The position numbers and the translations under genes were made by a program. A stretch of 64,000 nucleotides of DNA from Lingula anatina (lineage: Eukaryota > Animalia > Brachiopoda): positions 4,216,001 through 4,280,000 of the forward strand of contig CM120649.1 of NCBI GenBank assembly GCA_051362555.1, read 5' to 3'. The notes under the pieces were generated by a model. That model saw only the letters and a program-made list of their open reading frames with translations. It was not told where the DNA came from and did not search any database. This document shows positions 26,256-38,701 of the stretch, piece by piece (the first letter of the stretch is position 1; every line of letters begins with the position of its first letter).

Positions 26256-26509
26256 CCTGTCAATGTAAACTTGAAAAATTTTGACTGTCTTCCAGAAGAC
26301 CCTACTTTGTTTAGTCTTTCCTGTAAACATCCACGTAAAATTTCTTCTCCAACAGTTTTTTGTCTTTCTAGTGGTTGCCTTCACATAAATTCTGTCTTTG
26401 TCATCTTTCAGGTCTTGTTATTGGTGAAACTAAAGAGGGGGAAACTGCCGAGAAAGCAAATGTAGCCTGTTGTAGAATGAAAGACTATCTGAAAAGTGTG
26501 GGTTATTAA
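23653..26509 (+). CDS. PFN: Profilin, paralog B (127 aa)
   Basis: Exons 23653-23760 (MSWDSYLDNILSSGCFANAAIIGLNGSIYTKTPNFN), 25855-26032 (ISPDELATISYSLSSGNFDSLFANGLHANGVKYVFLRGDGEFLMGKKGGIFISIQKAQQ) and 26412-26509 (CLVIGETKEGETAEKANVACCRMKDYLKSVGY*). Intron positions and phases match paralog A. Confidence 0.92.
24340..24522. mobile_element. Palindromic MITE (Harbinger-like)
   Basis: Arms GACTAACTAGTCCACAGATCAAATATGG / CCATATTTGATCTGTGGACTAGTTAGTC; related copy at about 53350-53494. Confidence 0.55.
25255..25515. repeat. Compound (TTA)n/(TTG)n and (ATA)n microsatellite
   Basis: Directly visible; the ATAGTACTGTGGTT leader is duplicated. Confidence 0.85.
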
Positions 26510-26669
26510 ATAGGTAAGGAAAAAGCACAATGCCAGAAAATAATGATGATAATAGGAATAATAATGATATTAATTATTAACATACTAGAATGAGCAAGAT
26601 ATGTATTTGTTTGCAAAATTATTTTAAGTTTATGAGGAATTTTTATTGAGTGGATTCAGTATTTTGCTT

Positions 26670-26915
26670 AGACCTGGCAGGGGGTGGGACCTGGCAGGGG
26701 GTGGGGACCGATAAGGGGTAGGGCCTGGCAGGGGTTGGGGATTGGCAGGTGGTGGGGCCTGGCAGGGGGTAGCGATTGGCAGGGGTTAGGGTCTGGTAGG
26801 GGGTGGAGACCAGTATGGGGTGGGGACTCTGGAAGGGGGTGGGTACTGGTAGAGGGTGGAGGCTGGTAAGGGGTGGAGACTTACAGGCATCAGTGATTGA
26901 GGGGTGGGGGAACCT
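26670..26915 (+). repeat. G-rich ~17-bp minisatellite
   Basis: Degenerate tandem GACCTGGCAGGGGGTGG units. Confidence 0.8.
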
Positions 26916-27613
26916 CAGAAGTTAAGAAAGCAGCATGTGCCTTTTCTCCCTAGCATCCTTACTGAGTGTAAGAATTTGTTTTGTAAACAGCCATTTGTTT
27001 TGAACCCCATGCAGATTTATATTGATAGACCATAGATACTGGGATACCAAATTACGTTTCTTCTTGTTTATTTTTTTCAGGATTATTTTTAGGTCAAGTT
27101 AACATGCCTGAGTTACTTAAAAGAGATCATACAGATTTGAAAATTTTGATTAAAAAATATTCACCCAGAAGTGGGAAGGATGTGAAATGAACTTGGGACA
27201 TGGCTCCGACAATGGTGTAAATTTGAAAGAAACTTGTTGAAGAAGGGAAGAGGAAGCTTCACGACCTTGACCATGTTATCGTGCAGGAAGAGTTTCTTTT
27301 ATCTATCTATATCTATATCTATATACATATGGTGTTGACTTTTGTGGGGAAAGAAAAAGTGTTGACTCAAGTTTTTTTAAAGGCATACTGGGCAAATTAT
27401 TGGTGCTAAATTTTCTTTTGAGATTGATTAGGATCTAGTTTGTTGATTGACTTATGTCCAGATATAGGGCTTTCTGGCTAATTTTTTAATGGTAATATTG
27501 TGCCATTGTAAGCCTGATTGCATCCCATTTTTTTCTTCATTCAACGAATGCAGTTCAGCCAGTCACATGCTATTTATAAATTATGTGATGGTTTTTAAAT
27601 TTAATCAAACAAA

Positions 27614-27646
<33 letters not shown>

Positions 27647-28656
27647 ATACAAATCTATTGCCCCTTATGCCTTTAAGGTTAAGAAACCAGATCTGAATAT
27701 GGCCAGGAACGGCTGTGTGCAAATATCGAATGCTTTATTTTTATTTCTTTTTATAATATCAAAAGCATTTAGTCATTTTTATTTCTTTTTATACGCATTT
27801 TACAAGAATATTATTGTTGTGCCAACATTTGCTTGTAGGTAAAATTAGCCAGCTAGGTTTTGTTCTGTGAACGCACTTATCTTTAGGGTGAAACCTTTTC
27901 CATATCATTTTGTAAGTTTTAGCCATACTGTAAGTTAGCCTTATGGGTGTGACCAAATGTCATATATCATGTGATTGACATAATGCAATGAGAGATTCTC
28001 TAAATAAATGAGTCTTCAACTTTTTGAGTTGCGATAATTACTCTTTAAGTATTGCTTTGTAGTTTGAGAAGACTGATACTTGATATTGAAGCGTAGAGCC
28101 TGTAAATCAACAATGCTCACCGCTCTAACTACATGGTTGGTCAAAGAAAAATGTACGCAGATGGATTTCCCAGTTTTCTGAATATATGTATTTATCATAT
28201 GTATCTTTCTGCTCAGATTTCCGTGGTTTGTGTTTGGGAAACTTCTCATTGTGAGGTATGCAGTTTAAGAATCTGATCGGTTCAAGATTGCCTGTATTTT
28301 GCCAATAACGCCCTTTATAGTTTTAGCGCCACCTATATTAGGTCACATTGAGAAAAAAATCACTTTTTTTTCGTTGCCTTAACTCAGAGGGTCACATATA
28401 TAAGTCCCTTTACCATTGTGCCTAGTAACTAAGTTGAAACAATGACAGTATTCTGTGGATCTGAAGCCTGAATTTTTTTTTTTTCATTTTTGTTATTAAA
28501 AACATTGTGAATCACTACTAATAGTGAATTTTATGAAAGTGATTAAACTTGGGTATTTATGTTATGACTGTGGTAATATGACAGTAAGAAGAATAATAAA
28601 GCATCATCTGTCCCATTGCATTTAGACTATACTTTTGAAAAATAGAATTAAAATCC

Positions 28657-28863
28657 TAGGCTTCGTTCACATGCAATGTCTATTTTCTAAATTCTATTTT
28701 CTATTCGCGGCATGTGTTGTGATCACCGTCTGTGCCCTGAATATCCCGCCGCGTAATTACTGGCAGCGCGAGCCAGTTACTATAAGTTACAGACCGTGAT
28801 CATAAGATAGCGCGAATAGAAAAAAGAATTTAGAAAATAGACATTGCATGTGAACGAAGCCTA
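28657..28863. mobile_element. PIF/Harbinger-like MITE
   Basis: ~53-bp inverted arms starting TAGGCTTCGTTCACATGCAATGTCTATTTTCTAAATTC. Confidence 0.75.
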
Positions 28864-30010
28864 AGTTGTGAGAATTTACTAGTAAAAGCATACAATCAGC
28901 ATATGACATTTTCATAAAAAAAATCCAGGAAATTGGAACAATTATTTATAATCACCAAGGCATATCTTTTCAAAAACTATTGAGGAAATTACAATCTATA
29001 ATTTTGTTCTAATATTTTCAAATTAAATTTATAATTTTTCTCTCACAAGTGAAGAACACCAGTTTCTAAATCCAGTGCAATATAAAAACTAAAACAGGTT
29101 CAAATATTATAGTTTTTCAAGGGTTTGGGACATGGTGCACTTTTTTAATTGATGGAAAATGGTTGAAATTGCCAGAAAAAAAATTGGTAAATAAAGGCAG
29201 TGCATTGTGTGCCTTTGGAAGCTTACATATCAGTCAAGATGCAGTAACATCAAGTCATAGTAATTTGCTTTCTGTAGCCAGCTTTATAGCAGTAACTGCT
29301 AGATCATGTATTTACGAATTCCTGAAGAAGCTCAAGAGTAGGATAACGTATTTGTAATGTAGCATGGATTAATAGAGCTGATGTGAAAGAACTGTGAACT
29401 AGAAAGTTGAGGGTAATTCTAAAGAAATAGGCAAATAAACTTAACAATATTTGTAAATCCTGTTTGTATTTATTATTCTATTTACTCTACTATTGATGTA
29501 AGCTTAAGTCAAGTTATGAACGGAGTTAAATAATACTATGTTTAAATAATATGGTTTCCTTAAAAATGAGCCCCCACGCCCTCCCTTCTCCACTCCTTGG
29601 TTCGGCAAAGGTACTCTTCTTGTTGTACAATACCAATGCTGCCCTCTGGCAACAAGTGACAGAACGGCTATAAGCTTGGAGTGCTCCTTTCTTGTCTTTC
29701 CTTGTCAAAGAGTGGCTCTGAGTCCATACTTTGAATTCAGTCATTTTTTTTTTCACTTTTCAGTTCTTTGTCATATAATGACTCCCCAGACCTGTACTCC
29801 TTTCTTACTCACTGTCTTTCCTTGTCACAGGTCTCATGTTTGTATTAATTTTTTTCAATGTCTTTCTTTGACATTGAATGACTCCACAATCTGGTATTCA
29901 ATTTTTGTACAATGCCCACATTTCTCAACTTTTTGACACTGAACAACTCCACGAGCTAGTGCTCTTCTGGGTGTTCATCACCTTTTTTGTTGGCACACCA
30001 CTGCTGCCCC

Positions 30011-33000
30011 CTATGTATTTGTGCCACTTCCTGAACTTTCTTTATAATGTCTGTACTCTGGTTTCAGTTCCCACATGTTCTTGTGTGGGGCCTTCATGTT
30101 GTAAACGCAGATCTCTTTCAGGATTTCCTTCAGATATGGCTGAAATGGCAAGAATAAAGAACATTAAACCAAACATAACCAGACACCAATGATGGCGAAT
30201 GTACAGACATCAGGCAAAGAAATGTGTAAGGGCATAAAACACTGAAATTCAAAGGTACATAAAATGAAAAATAACTGGACACCAACGATGGCAAGTGTAC
30301 AGACAACATGAAGAAATTCAAAGGATCAATCAAGAGAACATGCTTGCCAATCATTTTCCACCCTCCATCAAATAAAAAAAATTAACTGAAAAAATAAACA
30401 ATGATTCTTGATCTCTATGTCTGACATTCCAACGTAATCCTGATATGTCACTGTAAAGATGCAATGACTGGAGATCTGTCAACAGATGCTGATATCCCCA
30501 GTTTATTATAAAGATTGGATACTGCAGAACTACACTGTAACGTCATTATGTCTGGTTGTTCCATATAAAGGGATGAAAAATATGTAAATCAAAAGCCATT
30601 TATGACATCTACAGTAACTACTCAATAAACTTGAACATTTCACTTTTCAAGGTAAATTATTAGTGGACAATGAACTGACCAAAACTCTTGAAATTACAAC
30701 AAGAAGTCAAATGGTTGATGTCTTAGTTAAATTTAATTATTTTCTTTGAGAAGAGAAAATGATATTTTTAGTGGGCTCTCTTCCAGTATTAAGGATTCTA
30801 GAGAATGTGACTTTCCTCTCATAAAGTAGTTATTTAATGCATTCTCTCTCTCTCTCTGAATTCCGTGGTACAGAATCCCGGTCCTGCAATATAGCACTGT
30901 AGACCAATCTTCCACTCCTTATTGTTGTAAGCACGTGCTTGGGTGTGTTTACCCAAGTATTATATAGGGGGTTTCTTATATAATCTATACATTTTATGAT
31001 CTATCACAAAAGGGGGTGATTTTATTTGCATGATACCATGTTCAAGTTATTTCTTAGTCGGCTTGGCAGAGGGACTTTTATTGACCTGATAAAATACTAA
31101 TAAATGTTTACACAACTAAGATAAAAGATCAAGGTTACCGCCAGAGATTACTCTGAAGGAGACGGACAACTCGAAACATGTAGTGAGTGTTATACCTTTA
31201 TGTAGCAAAATTTTATTTTGTTGGAGTTTTCAAAACTTTTTCCCTAATCACCAGGGTATCTATCCAAAGTCACTGAAAAAATTATAATCTGTGAGGTGGA
31301 CTTGTTTTTGAGTTCTAAGTTTATAGTTTTTTACTCTAATGAGTAAAATTTGCCAATATTAATCTCCATTAGGAATAAATTTAGTGTGAAATCTTGCAGC
31401 CTTATGAGAATGTTGACTATTACCAAATTAATTCAAATCAATGATTTTTATGATTTTTTTTTCAACAAAAGCCATGCTTTACATTATATCAAACATTAAT
31501 GATATCCATTATTTCTTTTAACAACTGTTGCTTACAAAACTGTTTCAATAAATGTCCATAATTAACCTCCATATTTACAGTATACGTAGTCATATTTTAT
31601 TATTATTAAAATTAAATGTTATCATATTTTTTTACCTCAGCACCACGTGGCATTATACTCAGCTGGGGTAAATTTATCTGATTTGGATCCAAATTAGTCA
31701 CAAAAGGAGGCTAAAATTAATCCAGTCACGTCACAAAATACTTACTAATAGTATAAACTGCCAGCTCCCCTGCATACATAATCTATGCACAACATGATTT
31801 CTTTCCCATAATTCTATAATTCAAGGTCTTTAATTCTGCCGTCTGCTTGTACATAATTTATAAGAGAAATTAATTCAATGAGCTGTTGAAGTAGGCTTTA
31901 TTTGGCTATGGGAAATAGGGAGAGGGGAGGGAAATGTATACTTTTTTTTCCTTTTCAAATTAAAATTTAAAACTAATAGAGAGAAAGGGGGAAGAAGGGA
32001 AAAACCTATGTTTTTCACACTGGGATTTAAACCGATACTTTAAAAAGAAAACTGTTACAGTAAACGCTGCCTCAAATTGCTCAGTACATATGGTAACCCA
32101 AATGCTGCCCTTGGCATTTAACAATATTACACAAAACGTCTGCGTCTCACTCAGGTAGCTGGCTGAACCTGGAAGCTAACATGGCAAATGTGAAAGGTGA
32201 ATTAAAGATCAACAATTTTCCTGGAGTACAACTCGTTATTCTGACTGGGAAATCCTCACAGATGGAAGGAGACAGGATGATATATTTTTTCTCTACAAAA
32301 CTGTGCCCAGCGCAAGCTTTCCCACAGTAAGAGATAGCACAACCATGATCTTTTATAACTTGCTAACTTTGTTTATGATAAAATTAGTAAACTCATGTTT
32401 AGAAACTAGCGAACACTGTCATGGAAAAAGGCAATTACTGAAAGGGAAAACAGAGACAAAATCTCTTTGAAATATCAGGAGAGCCAAATTCAGTTGAAAT
32501 TATATTCATAATTAGTCAACATTTGCCCCAAAAAATTGTTTGTCCTACAATTTTCAACATAATTTGTGAAGTACGCTTTGAGAGACCTTATACACTAACC
32601 AAAAGACAAACCAATGCTGATGAAGACAAAACTCCTTCACTGGTGGAGGTAAAGAAATTGACTGCAATGATTTACACTGGAGATACCTTTCAAAAAAGTA
32701 GTTTTCTTTACTTAAAAACATCAAATTGCCCTTGACAGCTAACTAATGCCTGTAGTTTGGGAATTAAAGAGCCCAATTAACTGTCTGCTTCTAAATGACA
32801 CATTAAATAAATTGTTTCGACTTCTACGCTGTGGAAATGGGGGTGTTTAAAGGTAGCAGGAGTCTTCCTTTTTGATACATTGGACATGATTAGGTGAATA
32901 AACTCTCAAATGTATCAGTTGTAAAATTTTGAGGTTCCACTAAGGATAACCTGCTGTGTGCGGTGCCCCATAGGCGAGTTATTAGGGATGAGGCAAAACC

Positions 33001-36000
33001 AAAGATCTGATAAAAATTTTCTCTAATTCTTTTTCCCCTGATAGACCTTTATATGGACAAAATATAACCCCCCCTCCAAATATGGGTGCACAAACACACA
33101 TACACTAGTACACCTCTTTCTGCTGAAATGACGATAAACCAACCCTTTTGTTTTGATTATCATTTTTATGCAATTCACTTTATTTGTTTATTTATCTATT
33201 ATTTGAGAAAAGTGGGAACCAATAATAAATCCAGCCTTAAAATAATTAAAGAAAAGACAAAAAACTCACTGACATCAAAGTTTATAGGACTAAATTAAGT
33301 TATCATACCAACAATATGGTGATCACTTCTTTATATTGATTTTTCTTTTTATTTCAAAAACGTTTTATTTTATTTCTTTGCAAAGAAATTCCTAGCTTTC
33401 CTAAAGTATGAAGTCATCTATTTCTGATATTACTTCCACAATTAATATGAAAATGTATGATCAAGTTTTGTTCCCTTTATGTAACAAATATAAAACAGAC
33501 AAGAAATTGTTTTTAGAAGAGAGAAAAGGTTTCTTTTTACCCACAAGGCATCACATTTTCCATCTTTAAACAAGAGGCAATGAACAATTACTTTCTAGAG
33601 ACATCCCGTAACCTGTATTGGTTGTTAGCAATAAGTCAGACCCCTCCGCCTACGATATTGACTACAATAAACAGTTCATAGGCGTGGGCAAACATTTTCA
33701 GCAAATATCACACTTCAAAACCTCGCCAACAAAATGCCTGAAAGATGAAAGACTTTATGCAGCTTCTTGACTTTGGTAATAAATGGAACAAACGTATCTA
33801 TTAATGTAGGCCTGACCCACTTAATCGTTTCAACCGAGACTCCAAAATTTTACTGTTTCTTTGTTTATAGCAAAATCCAGTAAAGCACTAGTCAGTAATT
33901 TACTGTCATGTAAAATCTGTTGATAAAATATCATTATTTAATACAACTGAAAAATACTATTTTTGGACCTGAGTAAGAAGTAGAAGTATTGTAGAGTGCT
34001 TTGTTGAAAGAATCAACAATATCAAAGTAGAGACAACATTTTGGAGAAATAAAATTAATACCATTTTCCTGATTTTCTCACTAAATTACTACTGTAACAG
34101 CAGCTATCAAAGCAATTTGCTTGGAAGCAACATGAGTTTATCCGTACATCCATCAATGTTAGTGCTTATCAGTGAACCTTCAATGTTAAAGTGGTGTTCT
34201 ACCTAGACATTCTATTATATACATATCATATTTGTTCTTCTTCTTGTACATTCTTTACAAGTAGGTCTGAGTGTATTTTCAAGAAGTAAAACTGCCACAG
34301 TCAGATGGGGACTCCAGGTGCTAACAGATGAACAATGTACTAGTATAAAATCAACAGCTTTTTTTTTTTATTCTACTTGACACCAGGAGGCATGTTTATC
34401 TGACTGCTTTTAACGAAAATCCCTGCGGAGTTGGACTGATCTACATAGAACAATAGTATCATTGGGAATAAGCCCTTAAATCCAGGTCCGACAGCGACTG
34501 ACACTTCAGTCACACTAAACCAAAGCAACAATGCTACTCAGCAATGTGAAGGACTGAATAGTGCTTTATTTGAAAATAAATCCCTATGTATGTTTTCACT
34601 CATCAATCTAGATTCACTTTCCATATATAATCATTGTGTCTTTTTTATTTCTTTTTTTTTTGCTGTGTTTGTTCAAATAATCTACAATAACAGTTTTATG
34701 TAGAACAGGTGCTGCATTCCCCTATCCTGCCATCTATAAAATGCATGTATATATATATATATATACTAATTCCTCAATATGCCAGACAAGCAAGCATATA
34801 CATATCAACTGAGAATGAGAAATGGAAACACACTCTACCTGCACTGTCTACAGCTGAGCTATATAGGTGAAAGATTAAGACTTAAGACTTATTACTATAT
34901 AGCTTGTACAACAGCCACTGACAAAGAGCATATATTATACAAGTGGTATATTGCACCTACATGTATACATACATTTAGACTCTTCCTTATAGAAGGTGAC
35001 AGCATACAAATATATTTATATAATATATATAATACATATATATAACCTAGCATAAAAGCAGTTTATTTCCTAACCATACACACATTATTATTGTATTATT
35101 ATATTACATTTAACTCTTTCGTTTGTTGGTTTTTACAAAAAGAACTGTTACAATAATTGTCTTGCATGCAGAAATGTCTGCTGCAGCTATCTCATGACTA
35201 CATGCTTTGTCTGTCTGTGAAATCCCTGTATTTATGATATAGGCTAAGATAGGGTTTTCTTTCTCTTCTGTTAAGATGGTGAGAAAGTGAACATCATAGG
35301 TGAAAAGCCCCTTGAGCCTAATAACAATTTACTTTTTAATTATGATGATTATTATATTTTTTTTGCTCACTGCACAGTAAAGGAAACTGGCAAGTTTTTC
35401 ATATGTGTAATACTTTATTCAATTTCTTTCTTTTTTTCCGCAATAAAATTGTAACAACAAGTACACATTATTCCAACATTTACTGTGAAAATAAAATTCT
35501 TTTTATCCCAAAGACAACATTTGCATGCAGTATTCAGAGCTAGCAGACCTGCATTCATTTGGAACTTCCTTAACTTAGTAAGATAAAACACACCTGGTTT
35601 ACCTAGCTGGAGGAGCTTCGAGGATTTCATTTTGTTTTTTTGCATAGCGTCTGGGTCACTATTGGTGTATTTACTTATCCAGATATCTGCTCTGAGCAAG
35701 TCAATTTATATTGGTTTTCATTTCCTAATAACAGGCAAGTTGTGAAGATATCCAAATAATTAAACATCTTTGTTCATTTCAACTTTAATTGTTGAGTTTA
35801 ATAAATTTTATGAATTCTTTGGCGAAAACAGCAAACACCCAAGGTGTGTACATGCTACCATGACAGAATATTCTAATAATCTGCCAAGCATGGGAATGAC
35901 CAGTAACAGGCTTGTCTGGGTCAGCATTCCACATACATTAACATGAGGCATATAATTATTAATATTTATGTGTTTATCAACTGCAGGCTAGCCAGCCCAC

Positions 36001-36806
36001 AAATGTATAGTATATATCATTCAAAGCTCTATAAATCATTATTTATTTATTTACTTATTTATTCATTTTTTCATTTGTTTATCTCTCTATCCATCCATTC
36101 ATCTATTCCTTTATTCATCCATCAATACATCCATCAATCTATATATCATTTATTTATTTGTTTGTTTGTTTGTTTGTTTGTTTGTTTGTTTATCAATCTA
36201 GCTGACCAGTGACAGGGAGGGCACCTGTATTCTTGGCATTATGCCCATCACTATCTGTCAACTACAAGTTGGTGTCCAGCAGATGATTGATAACCGGCAG
36301 ATAGAGGTACATTCTACCTGTGCTGTTTTAACTGTAGTTCTTGGACAAATGCTCTACCTACCTGCAGGACATTTTTTCGCTGTCCTTTTTTTGCCTGTGT
36401 AAAAAATGTCAGACAAATAATGATAAATTGCTGTAGGAGATACTGGCAAGAGGCTACATCTTGTATACATCTTGTATACCTACTCTATCCTTTCCAAGTT
36501 TGTAAATGTGTACAGTACATGAGTGTAAATGGACATGTGTGTAAATGCTCGTTGATTATTCTGTCATCCTCGAGCAATGCTATACATTTCTACAGCCTTT
36601 TATCAATTCCTTCATTTATTTAGTTGTATAGTAATTTCTTGATGAAAGAACCTTTGTACTAAACTTTGGTGCAAAATAATATAATCAGATAAGTGATTTT
36701 CTTGACAGTCCATCAAAGGTTCTCGATCAAAAGACTGACTTACTGATTTTGTCATTTTTACACAAGAGACAATGAAAAACCTTCTTCATGGAAATTTAAG
36801 TCTTCT

Positions 36807-36864
<58 letters not shown>

Positions 36865-37663
36865 TCTTGAATCTATTCTGACAATATTAATCCCAATTTG
36901 GTGTGATTTAATCTAACTTAACAACCCTGGGATTAAAAATAGCCCTCCAACACATCAACAAACCAATAGCCGTAAATAACACCCCAGTGTCCCTCCTCTA
37001 TCCACAGCCTATTTGACCACAGATAAGGTAATGGACAACCCGTGGTCAACCCTTTGGTCAACTGGGCATGTAAAGTAAAATACGGTAATTATGCCATCTT
37101 TTCAGTGTTGAAAATTATCAATCTTTCAGATAAATTTGGACAAAATATTCTACTTCTCTATAGTATTTAGGGTCCTTTTACTATATAGAATAAAGCTATA
37201 GGGTAGCCGGCTTTGCATTTTTGTTACTAATATATCAGCAAAATACCGAAAATTGCATTTATGGCATCATTCGTAAAATGATATTTATGTAAATGCAATC
37301 AAATTTAGCCAGTGAGCACTAAAGATTCATTTATTATCCAAAACATGTCCATAAGGACAGTAATTTCGGTCTTTTTGTCTAACCCTGAATATAAAACTGT
37401 ACCCTAGCTACATCAGTTACATCACATGTATCTGATTAGGGCTCATTTGGAATTCCTGCAAATTAAACACAGGCTACACAGCGGACAGAAATAGCTTTAA
37501 TGTTATTAATAATACCACATTAATCAATAAATTATCAATAGACATGGACCTATATAAGCGTGATGTCAGATAACATAATTTCATGTTACTCCAGACATCT
37601 GTCATCACAAGATTATTACATCAAACAGACCTGACAGACCTGTGTTGGCAGGAGAGAAGAGGG

Positions 37664-37697
<34 letters not shown>

Positions 37698-38670
37698 GTT
37701 CAAAGGAACCACTATTTAGGTCAGGGAAGGTCATATTTGGATCAAAATTTAATTTAGGTTCTATGTTCTTATGGTAAAAAGGTCCACTATTTCAGAACCC
37801 CCTGTACAGTAATGTGGGGATATAAATATAACAAAGTTTACAGTAATGTATCATTCCCATTCAATCCTGTGACACTTCCTTTTGTTCACTTCCCAAATTT
37901 ACATCATTTTCATTAATGCGTCCGGAAATAAATTTAAAGCAGTTTATGATAATATATCATCCTATTCAATACAGCGACGTGGTACTATTATTCGAACCTA
38001 TCTGATAACATATTTGAAATATATCAGCACCGACCTCCTTGATCTGAATCGTATCTAAATCTGTCTGGTTAACTAATGCCAAAATTATCATTGTGTGAGA
38101 TTTAATTACTTTGCCCCCCATTGAAGTTATGGATTTATTGCTTGTCACTGTAGAAGGAAACCGCTTTTATAATCTCTGAGTATGATTTATAATTCTTATG
38201 ACTTTAATGAAAGAACTTTTGTTTCTGCAGAAGTCCTCTACTAAGTTTTGGTCATGAAAGGTCCTTTACACAGATCTCACGATAAGACAATTTTCAATTA
38301 TCTTTAAGTTACTGTTTCAAGCTTTGCTGTATTCAGTTCCTGGCAAATTTAGTATGATCTGACCATAGATACAACTCGCAAAAAATATCATAAAACACCA
38401 AATCTTGTTTTACCGGAATGAAAAATGACTGTTATCATTGCATCTACTCAGATTTCATAATAAAGTACCTCACTTTCAGATATCTATATTAAAGCTTCAT
38501 ACAGGATAGAATTTAAGATGTGCTTTACTTGCCATAGCTAGGAGCCCATTATAATTTTAAAATCAAACTTGAATTGGATATCGCAAATTATTTTCTTGCC
38601 CATTTTGATAATTTGCACCAAGAAAGTGTTTGCGTGCACCTGTGTATGTATGTGCCTGTGTGTCACTGTT

Positions 38671-38701
<31 letters not shown>

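Noticed and set aside
34835-34848. Reverse complement ACAGTGCAGGTAG resembling the 3' half of miR-17
   Set aside because: The seed half is absent and there is no convincing hairpin.
35415-35699. Possible nested KCTD/BTB exon (TVNVG motif)
   Set aside because: Only a short motif matches; the rest does not resemble a BTB domain.
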